Virus record (IMG/VR): IMGVR_UViG_3300038968_000013
Location: 1 to 49,316 of that record
Origin: a virus
Lineage: Duplodnaviria > Heunggongvirae > Uroviricota > Caudoviricetes
DNA length: 49,316 nucleotides
Reading direction: 5' to 3' (one strand)
Position 1 is the stretch's first letter; each line of letters opens with the position of its first letter. Positions 41,707 through 49,316 of the stretch are shown here, piece after piece. The translations under genes and the position numbers were made by a program. Under the pieces are notes generated by a model. The model saw only the letters and a program-made list of their open reading frames with translations, did no database searches and was not told where the DNA came from.

Positions 41707-44700
41707 TTAGTTTACGACGGTAAGCTCAGCCGAGCGCGCAAAGGCACTATAGAGGCCACTAGGGCTCCGCGTCTGAACGCCGATCGTAATGTCGCGGGTA
41801 CCGCTGACCATGGTTACGCCAAAGCGAACGGTCCCGGTGTTGTTCTTGTCAACCTCGACGCCATACTTCCATGGAGCAATGTACAACACACTGTCGAGGC
41901 TGGAGATGCGCCACGAGATGCGCGCCCCGCCATAAAGCTTACTTGGTGGCGTCCACTTCACCTCAAACTTAATGTCGGTAACGTCATCCGGGGACTTGGT
42001 GTAAGTAACGGTAACGCCCGTTGGTGGCAGCGGAACCTCACCTTCGTAAGAAGGTTCGCTCTCTGGAATAATGTCGACCGGGAGCGTCCCTGCTACGTAG
42101 TTATAAGAGTTGCTAGACCACCCCTGAGCCCGGAAGGTGTGACGCATTCCCTGCACGCGCAGTTCAACAATCTGTGCGGTTAGGGAAAGGTTGATGCTTG
42201 AGTCCGTGACCGTAACAACATCGCCAAGCTCTAGGAGTCGCCCATCTTCGCCGGTCTCAAACTCGACGATCATATCCCCAACCGAGAGACGAGAAGCGAG
42301 GTAGCTCGCATATCGGTCGGCTGTTTCGCGGTCGCGGATCGTGTTGATTTCCACCTCATCATCAATACCGATGGTCTCAAGAACCGTGCGGCGCGACGTG
42401 CGGAGACCGTAGCCGTCAATGCCGCCCGTTGAGTTGCGGCGGATACGGTAACGAACCTTCACGGTCTTGAGGGCTTCACGAACGTCGGTTGTGGTCCACG
42501 AAGGGCGCTTGGTGATGTTCTCGATTACCCCGTCGCCAAACTTAAAGGCAGAAGGCGTGACACCTGGATTCTTGTCCACCTCAAGCATCCACGTTGGTGG
42601 CCCAGCAGCAGGAACAACGCCGAGGCGCATTCCGCGAACCTTGAGCACGTCAGCAAGGAGATCCTTTAGTGGCTGCTGTTCAACCCAAGCAAAGTCGGTC
42701 AGGAACTTGTTTTCATCCGCCGCAGACGGACCAGCCAGCTGCTTGATGTCGGTAATGGCTGTAGTGAAGCTTGTGCCATCGGTTGTGAGCCCTGGCCCAT
42801 GGAGTCCGCTTTCAAGGAAGGTCTGAAGCTGGGCAGCAACGTTACGCATCCCGAGGCCCCAGATACGCTTAGCGTTTGCGCTTGTACGTACCCCAAGGAA
42901 AAGGTGTAGCTCATCAATGTATCCACGGAACGGATCGATCAGCGCCCCACCGGTACGATCGCCACCAATCGAGAACGTGCTTGCTACGGAAATATCAACC
43001 GGGCTAGCTGCAGTGAGCGTCGTAGAAACCTGCGCCTGATCGTCATGGAAGAGGCGAACTGATCCAGCAAGACCTACCTGTTCGCGCGTAATTGCCGCAG
43101 AAACAAAATGCCACTTACCAAGCGAACATGCCTTTGTTGAGGTTGTCGTTGTGTTGGTGCCGTTGCGGCGAAGCGTAAGGTACGGCTGGTTGGAGCTATT
43201 GACGCCGAACACGTATCCGTGCGTAGAGCTACCATCGCTGGCGATGACCTGATTCACCCCAGTTGTGGTGATCTGAATCCATCCCTCAATGGTAAAGTTG
43301 TTAGCCCCAACATCGTATGCTGCTGAGTTGTTGCCTGTAAGGATGAACGGAGATGACTTTGTTCCGGAGGTGCAAACGAGGGCGTTCGGCGCCGAATTGG
43401 ACTTACCGTTTGTAAAGGTAAAGGGAGGATCAATGGCGCTTCCGCTGACACCCACCTGGATGCTTACGGAATCAATTTGCCCCTGCCAACGTTCCCCGAC
43501 GTACGCACCAGTGCCGAGGTACAGGTTAGCAAAGTTCCCAGTGCTAACCAGTGAGCCAACGCCGTCGATAAGCGTCGTTGCTTCTAGCTCTCGATCCACG
43601 TACACGTTCATGTAGTCGTGCTTAATGTGACTGCCGGTGGCGCTAGGGAGCGGCTTATACCACTGCACGCAATGAGCATTCCGCTGCGCTGACGAGATCT
43701 GCCAAATATCCGAGAACGGCCCTGCGAGTCCGTTCTCAAAGAGGCTGTCGACCGCGCCCTTCATCTTATAGATTCCGTCAATCTTTCCCTCAAAGCGTCG
43801 GTTGAACGAGTTCGGGGAGAGCGAGACAGTGTGACTCGGAATGGTAATCGCGCCAATGGCAAAGCTCTTTGCTTGTGCCTCGGCCGGTGAGGTCGTAACC
43901 GTTGAAGAGGTTGAGCTTAGCGAAGAGGCAGAGCCGCTGACATCACGGTATGTGGTTCCTGTGCCCTGGTTGATGTTGAATAGCTCGATGATGTTAACGA
44001 CGGTACTCTTCGGGTATGTGCTTGCGCCGAAGGTAACCAGCACGGACTTGTCACCCGTGGTTCCAATCGGGGACTTGGCGTCCCAGATTGACGTGTGCAT
44101 ATACGGGCTGTTTGATCCTGCGCTTGCAGAGACCGCGAGGCTGAGCGCGCTTCCTGCGATCGAGACAGAAACCGGCGCACAAATCTGCGTCTTGTCGCGC
44201 GTGTGAACGGTAACAACTAGGACGTTGTTTGATCCGGCTGTGTACGGAAAGGTCGCATTACAGTGCTGAGTCGATTCGAATGGATACGAGTAGCCGTAGC
44301 CCCACGCAGGCGAAGGCACGGGTGGGATTCCCTGCACCGACCCCTCGCGCGTAATCTCAAGCGCCAGCTCATGCCAACCGCCGTCAATCGCGGAGGTGCC
44401 CAGAGCCTCATAGAATGTTCCGCTTTGATCCCCGACAAGACCCCAGACTCGACCTTGATTGACACCGAGCAGCCACGTCTTCCCCGTTCCGGTGCAGTTC
44501 TTCTGCAGAAGAACCATACGCGTGTCTCCAGTCCCCACTTCGGGACGAGCAAGGATGTTCACACGGAAGGAGGTCGTTGAGTTGAAGTTTACCGGACCAG
44601 CCGACCCCGAGGGGACGATATACCCATCGAGACCACCGGCAATGTTCGTAGGATCAAATGCCGAGTAGCCGTAAATACCAGCCTTATAGTTGCTGCTGTT

Positions 44701-46104
44701 GATTGGTCCATCGGTGCGGAAGTTCATACTTCCAATACGATCTGCAATGGTCCCTGCAGTGCCTGTGAAGTTTTGCCCAATCTCGTTAAAGGTTCCGGAC
44801 GCCGTTACGCGATCAGAGAAGTCCCAGAAGTTTTGCATCGCCGACGAGACGGGGCGTGGCATATCGCGTGCGGCAATGTCTCGCACCTCGCCATCACGGA
44901 AGAGCCAGAGCCCTAGCGTGTCGCTACGAGCGGCAATCTCGGTGAATTCGATATCAGCAGTGAGCGGAACAAGCTGAGACGATGAGCCGTACTGCATGCG
45001 ATCGAAGAGCAGCGAACAGAGCCCGCCACGGGTTGTGTTGGTGAGCGGCAGCTGCGTGTTGGTGTCTGGTGTTACGGTACCATCGTCGATTACCTGATAA
45101 ATCACGTCGCCATCAGCATTTGTGGTGCGGTATCCCTCTGGGTCGTTGATCTCCAGGAAGAGTCCGTAGACACCGCTGGCCGCGTTTCCACGGTAAAAGC
45201 GGAACCCGGTTGCCGTAGGGCTAGCGGTCGGATCAAAGATTAGCTTCTGGGCACCAACGGATGAGCCATTGAACGTCGCGGAGTTGAGGAACTGGGCCGA
45301 CCCAGTAGTTTCACCAACGCCGTTCAGAACCGTGTAGTACCAGGCATACGATCCAGCCCCCAGGCTACCCGACGTGGTTCCGCCGTCAGTAATACCAGGC
45401 GGTGCTGGGATTTCTGCATCACGCTCGATTTGGTAGTTGCGCGAAGGCACAATGGCTGGGACGGAGTTGAGCGACTGATACACCGTATTCGGGTACGGCA
45501 TGACCAGTGGCTCTGTCGTCGTTGAAACCGAAAGGTCGCAGCCGTACACATAGCGGAAGCGTTCGTTGGTGAAGTCCTCTTCAATATAGCGGCAAGGAAC
45601 GTGCTCTCGTGTAGCACCGAGTACAATAGGGATAGGAAGGTTGAGGTCCAGGTTGTTGGTTTCTTCTGAGCCGAACAGATCCCCCGACACGACCATCTTG
45701 GGATACTTCGTTGTCAGCACCTCATCGCTACTATCCGCGACAATAACCCGCGCCGTTCCATCTGGCGTGTAGGTGATTCGTTGCACCTTCCCCTTCACGG
45801 TACGGAGAGTTACCCCTGCCGCAACGTCACGAATCTGCACCTGGGCGTCCACGTTTCGCACCGCATAGTCGCGGAACGATGCGAGAGTAGTCGGATCATT
45901 GAGCGAGACTTCGCATTCGACTTCCCCGATTTCCACGGTGCCGTGATAGAAGTTGGAAAGCTTCTGGGAGATCACAGGGTGATTCCGAAGCTCCTCTTTG
46001 TAGACTCGCCCATCTGAATCTACCGCGCCTTCCACAGTGGCCGCGAAGATGTAGTTCAGGTTGTTGTCGTCGGTGATGGCGAGAAAGGAAACGATATCAG
46101 CCAT
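41707..46104 (-). CDS. large tail tip / host-specificity protein with two LamG (ConA-like) domains and a C-terminal FN3-like domain
   Basis: IPIVLG hub motif; FTIEGWI...WHFV...FRGYIDELH; PLPPTGVT...WTPP. Confidence 0.8.
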   Translation of the reverse strand: MADIVSFLAITDDNNLNYIFAATVEGAVDSDGRVYKEELRNHPVISQKLSNFYHGTVEIGEVECEVSLNDPTTLASFRDYAVRNVDAQVQIRDVAAGVTLRTVKGKVQRITYTPDGTARVIVADSSDEVLTTKYPKMVVSGDLFGSEETNNLDLNLPIPIVLGATREHVPCRYIEEDFTNERFRYVYGCDLSVSTTTEPLVMPYPNTVYQSLNSVPAIVPSRNYQIERDAEIPAPPGITDGGTTSGSLGAGSYAWYYTVLNGVGETTGSAQFLNSATFNGSSVGAQKLIFDPTASPTATGFRFYRGNAASGVYGLFLEINDPEGYRTTNADGDVIYQVIDDGTVTPDTNTQLPLTNTTRGGLCSLLFDRMQYGSSSQLVPLTADIEFTEIAARSDTLGLWLFRDGEVRDIAARDMPRPVSSAMQNFWDFSDRVTASGTFNEIGQNFTGTAGTIADRIGSMNFRTDGPINSSNYKAGIYGYSAFDPTNIAGGLDGYIVPSGSAGPVNFNSTTSFRVNILARPEVGTGDTRMVLLQKNCTGTGKTWLLGVNQGRVWGLVGDQSGTFYEALGTSAIDGGWHELALEITREGSVQGIPPVPSPAWGYGYSYPFESTQHCNATFPYTAGSNNVLVVTVHTRDKTQICAPVSVSIAGSALSLAVSASAGSNSPYMHTSIWDAKSPIGTTGDKSVLVTFGASTYPKSTVVNIIELFNINQGTGTTYRDVSGSASSLSSTSSTVTTSPAEAQAKSFAIGAITIPSHTVSLSPNSFNRRFEGKIDGIYKMKGAVDSLFENGLAGPFSDIWQISSAQRNAHCVQWYKPLPSATGSHIKHDYMNVYVDRELEATTLIDGVGSLVSTGNFANLYLGTGAYVGERWQGQIDSVSIQVGVSGSAIDPPFTFTNGKSNSAPNALVCTSGTKSSPFILTGNNSAAYDVGANNFTIEGWIQITTTGVNQVIASDGSSTHGYVFGVNSSNQPYLTLRRNGTNTTTTSTKACSLGKWHFVSAAITREQVGLAGSVRLFHDDQAQVSTTLTAASPVDISVASTFSIGGDRTGGALIDPFRGYIDELHLFLGVRTSANAKRIWGLGMRNVAAQLQTFLESGLHGPGLTTDGTSFTTAITDIKQLAGPSAADENKFLTDFAWVEQQPLKDLLADVLKVRGMRLGVVPAAGPPTWMLEVDKNPGVTPSAFKFGDGVIENITKRPSWTTTDVREALKTVKVRYRIRRNSTGGIDGYGLRTSRRTVLETIGIDDEVEINTIRDRETADRYASYLASRLSVGDMIVEFETGEDGRLLELGDVVTVTDSSINLSLTAQIVELRVQGMRHTFRAQGWSSNSYNYVAGTLPVDIIPESEPSYEGEVPLPPTGVTVTYTKSPDDVTDIKFEVKWTPPSKLYGGARISWRISSLDSVLYIAPWKYGVEVDKNNTGTVRFGVTMVSGTRDITIGVQTRSPSGLYSAFARSAELTVVN

Positions 46105-46928
46105 TACACAACCTCAAGGAGTTGAATGCCGGATACAGTTACCGTGGCATTCTCGGTGCGTGTCATGCGGAACGAAGCGGAACGGCGTACATGGTACACC
46201 TTGCTTAGGTCGCTCTGGTTTTCGTACAGCATCATCACGCGGTCGCGACGGTAGTTCGCGAGAGCCCGGTACTGCGCGAGACCAGAGGTATCCGTGCGGG
46301 GAAGACGGGCCTGCAGCGCGAACTGAATGTACGTTGGCTGCGGGATTGAAACCTCACGCCCGCCCTGCTGGTACTCTAGGACTTCAGCGTCATCCAGGAT
46401 CGTCTTCTCATACGGAAGGGAGAAGTTCTTGCTGAGCGTGTTCAGGGTCACCCAGATACCAACGGCCCCAAGCTGGTAGTAACCGTCGCCGGGGTTTGTT
46501 TGCGGGCCAATCTGCAGATAGCGCACCCCGGTAAAACCAGAGAGGACACAGAGGTGCTTCTTGCGCCCATCCTCCGCATCGGTAGCGAAGTTAGCACCAG
46601 TGCCGTTCCCAAAGTTGTTGGTTACCAGTGAAGGATCACCAACAGAGTTCGTTCCACCCTTGATGAAGCAATCGTTCATGTTGGTGTTTTCAAGGGTGAT
46701 CGCGGCAAGGTTGAACGTGGTTCCGAGATCAATGCCCCACCGCGTAGTGCCAGACGTGGTAGTCTTGCTGTAGCGACGTGGCCGAGAGAGGTCGAGGATG
46801 TTCGACGCAGGGTAGTTCGAATCGAAAGACCCCGAGGTTGCTCCCGGATGCGGTGCTGCGGTGTAAGTCACCCCGCTGACCACCGTAGGGTAGTTCAGCG
46901 GGTTGAGGGCATATTGCATATTCGGCAT
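46104..46928 (-). CDS. putative distal tail protein with N-terminal discoidin-like module
   Basis: Position between tape measure and tail tip; YPASNILD...WGIDLG...RYLQI. Confidence 0.6.
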   Translation of the reverse strand: MPNMQYALNPLNYPTVVSGVTYTAAPHPGATSGSFDSNYPASNILDLSRPRRYSKTTTSGTTRWGIDLGTTFNLAAITLENTNMNDCFIKGGTNSVGDPSLVTNNFGNGTGANFATDAEDGRKKHLCVLSGFTGVRYLQIGPQTNPGDGYYQLGAVGIWVTLNTLSKNFSLPYEKTILDDAEVLEYQQGGREVSIPQPTYIQFALQARLPRTDTSGLAQYRALANYRRDRVMMLYENQSDLSKVYHVRRSASFRMTRTENATVTVSGIQLLEVV

Positions 46929-46931
46929 AGG

Positions 46932-49316
46932 TTATACTCGTCGTACGAAGTTCTGGTTGCTCTTATCTGCGAGCTTCTTGATGGCGTTCACAATGTCAGT
47001 GTCGGTTAGCAGCTCCTGCATTAGCGCCTTCATCATTGGGCGGGCTTCGCGGATACCCTGTTCCGTTAGGGTAAAGGCTCCCTCAGCCTCGATGTTGATG
47101 CTCGGGTTCTGCTCAACCGTGAGCTGCTGAATGGTAATCCCGCTACCTGTATTGTCAGAACGCGCGCTTGCCGTGCGTGAGATGAACCGATCGTTTCCGA
47201 GGTCGGTAGGCTCGACTGAGCTACGCCCAGTGCGCGGTGGCCCCTCGATGCGATCCGGAGGCAGCTGCTGATTCCCCTGGTTCGGAACACGCGGTGGTGT
47301 ATTATTGATCCGATCGGGTGGAAGGTTCTGATTGCCACCGTTTGGATTCGGATCACGATCCATGGTGACGTTGATGCCTTCGCCCTCAAGGATCTTGCGA
47401 ATACGTAGCAGCTCTAGGAACGAGTCGGTCTGCACGCCATAGAGGCTTGCCGAATCGACACCAAGCTCCTGCAGCTCTGTCTTCAGCTTCTCAGTCTGGC
47501 GCTCGAAGATTTCGTTGCCCTTGCCCTTGATCCACTCAAGAACACCAGCCGTGTTGTTTGACACCTTGTCGATGTCGCGCTGCACACGTTCCTGGATCGC
47601 AACGATAGCTTCCTCTTCGTGCTTGATCTGATCTTCGATGTCCTTCAGCTTCTGCTTCTGGTCCTTCTGAAGCTGCTTAATCTCTTCCTGGAGACGGTTA
47701 GCATCAGCCTGTAGCTCTTCGATGGTCTTGCCACCGGTTGCCTTCTCCATCTCTCCCTTGGCGTAGAGACGAGCCTCTTCAAGCGCGCCAATCACATTGT
47801 CAAAGATGCGGGCGTAATCTTCAGAAGACTGAGACTTACCGATCGCCTGGAACAGTTGAAGCAGTTGCGGGCCAAGTTCTGACAGCTTGTTTGCAGCTTC
47901 AACACGCTGATCCGTGCTGAGCGAAGTATCGCGAAGCTGCTGCGAGAACATGTCAAACTGATCTTGCGCGACCGAGAGACGGGCGGTCGGGGATAGTGGG
48001 CTATCCTGCCCGATCGTCATGTCGAAGATGGTCTGCTCAAGGGTCTTGAGCACGTCTTGCCACTTCTCGGCTAGCTCGATCTGCTTCTGGATGGCGTCAA
48101 GCTCTTCCTGACGAGCCTCGATCATTGCCTCATAGTTATCCTGGATCTGCTCACGCTCGTCCTGGAGATCCTTGATGCGATCGTTATGGGCATCGATTTC
48201 GTTCTGCGCACGGATCTGGATTGCCTCGATACGGATGGCAAGATCCTGCTCCGCAAGCTGACGCATGTGGTTCAGCGCGTCCATGCGCTCTTGGTCGGTG
48301 GCAAGAAGCTGCTTGTTAAGGATCAGCTCCATGTCCCCGTGCTCGATGAGCCCCGACTGTGCCGCTCGCACAACGTCAGTAACGCCACCGAAGAACGTGA
48401 TCATTTCGATCTGGAAATCCTTCGCGATCTGTGGCAGCGGACGACGAACAATCTCAGGGTCTTTCTTCCCCTGGTTTCGAAGCGCGAAGATACGCGCGTC
48501 GATTTCGTCGTTAAAGTTTTGTTGGGCAATCTGTAGCGCACGGATAGCTGCGGCAAGGCTCACGGCGTCACCGGCAGTCTCAGCCAGAAGCGCATCGTCG
48601 AACGCCTTCCCGATATCTAGCGCGATCTGGGCAAACTCTCGCAGCGCAGGGCCGAGATCCTTAATCATCTGGATCGCGTCAAGTCCTGCATCGCGTAGCT
48701 CTGCGATGTACGCATCAAGATCTTCCTGGGTACGGCCCGACCCCATGAAGGTCTCATTCGCTTCACGTACACGCTCGTTGAATGGCGCGAGGATACCGGT
48801 GTTGACCGAGGCGTCGAGGAAGCCGTTAACGATCGACTCCGAGATCATGTCCTGGATCTGACGACCAAGGTTCGTGACGAACGTCTGCAGCGCATTGTCG
48901 ATAAGCGCATCTTCCGTTCCGGCCTTGATAGCCTCGGTGGCGCCCTTCGAAATGGTTCCGAAGAAGTTGAGGATTTCTGGATTGATCAGGTTAGCGGAAG
49001 CGACCGCATCTTCGATGGCAACCTGCAGCTCTTCGAAGGTGATGATCCCCTGCTCGCCCATCTCGTTGATGGCCTTGTCGAGTAGGCGGATAGCCTCAAG
49101 CCCCGGCTTCACACCGTGAGGAACATCGCGGAAGGCCGCATTGATGGCTTCCAGCTCTTCCTTGGCAACATCAAGACCCTTCTGGTTCTTCTCCGAAAGG
49201 TCGTACTGCAGCTTCGGAATGCCAGAGTTGTATAGCTCCGCAAGCGCCTCGATGACGTCGCGGTACTCCTGAGCCGACATCTTTCCTTCTTGGAAACGAT
49301 CGCTCAGTTCCTTGAA
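46932..49316 (-). CDS. tape measure protein, 5'-truncated by the window edge
   Basis: Long Ala/Glu/Gln-rich coiled-coil; frame open to 49316 (FKELSDRFQEGKMSAQ...); ...LSPTARL motif. Confidence 0.8.
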   Translation of the reverse strand, partial: FKELSDRFQEGKMSAQEYRDVIEALAELYNSGIPKLQYDLSEKNQKGLDVAKEELEAINAAFRDVPHGVKPGLEAIRLLDKAINEMGEQGIITFEELQVAIEDAVASANLINPEILNFFGTISKGATEAIKAGTEDALIDNALQTFVTNLGRQIQDMISESIVNGFLDASVNTGILAPFNERVREANETFMGSGRTQEDLDAYIAELRDAGLDAIQMIKDLGPALREFAQIALDIGKAFDDALLAETAGDAVSLAAAIRALQIAQQNFNDEIDARIFALRNQGKKDPEIVRRPLPQIAKDFQIEMITFFGGVTDVVRAAQSGLIEHGDMELILNKQLLATDQERMDALNHMRQLAEQDLAIRIEAIQIRAQNEIDAHNDRIKDLQDEREQIQDNYEAMIEARQEELDAIQKQIELAEKWQDVLKTLEQTIFDMTIGQDSPLSPTARLSVAQDQFDMFSQQLRDTSLSTDQRVEAANKLSELGPQLLQLFQAIGKSQSSEDYARIFDNVIGALEEARLYAKGEMEKATGGKTIEELQADANRLQEEIKQLQKDQKQKLKDIEDQIKHEEEAIVAIQERVQRDIDKVSNNTAGVLEWIKGKGNEIFERQTEKLKTELQELGVDSASLYGVQTDSFLELLRIRKILEGEGINVTMDRDPNPNGGNQNLPPDRINNTPPRVPNQGNQQLPPDRIEGPPRTGRSSVEPTDLGNDRFISRTASARSDNTGSGITIQQLTVEQNPSINIEAEGAFTLTEQGIREARPMMKALMQELLTDTDIVNAIKKLADKSNQNFVRRV

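Noticed and set aside
1-49316. Genome-wide stop-codon reassignment (code 4, 15 or 25)
   Set aside because: TGA and TAG terminate many coupled genes, TGG/CAG are abundant, and 500-1465-aa ORFs contain no internal stops; only three isolated cases
41707-49316. Diversity-generating retroelement acting on tail genes
   Set aside because: No reverse transcriptase and no near-identical repeat pair differing at adenines in the window

Overview
A 49 kb segment of a tailed dsDNA bacteriophage or prophage genome (siphovirus-like tail module, GC-rich, host unknown). Layout from left to right: (i) 1-5.6 kb, a mostly minus-strand early/accessory region of microproteins, Zn-finger ORFs, a leaderless HigA/Xre-like HTH gene, an orphan amino-methyltransferase and a coiled-coil/winged-helix protein; (ii) 5.6-37.7 kb, a long plus-strand region with two tRNA arrays (18 intact tRNAs plus the 3' half of a tRNA-Ala), HTH initiator + DnaB replication, ERF/PD-(D/E)xK/RuvC/SSB recombination, a two-vWA membrane operon, a macrodomain + NadM-Nudix + Nampt NAD+/ADP-ribose module, dispersed RNA-repair genes (two RNA ligases, Pnk kinase, RlaP-type nucleotidyltransferase, metallophosphoesterase), RNR, ThyX, MazG, a Mesh1-like HD protein and six HNH/EndoVII nucleases; (iii) 37.7-49.3 kb, minus-strand late genes (tape measure running off the window, distal tail, large LamG tail protein, SLT endolysin, holin-like genes, secreted proteins). 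Signals not explained by the ORF track: a conserved operator-like motif (consensus about CTTTCCTGAKGSTT) at 8 sigma70 promoter regions; several leaderless genes; three structured non-tRNA RNA candidates; and three in-frame stops (two TGA at Trp positions, one TAG in a Gln run), three single-base homopolymer frameshifts and two apparent deletions that split otherwise intact genes. These lesions may be read-through, gene decay or sequencing error and need raw reads to resolve. All family assignments are by motif recognition only; no database search was run.
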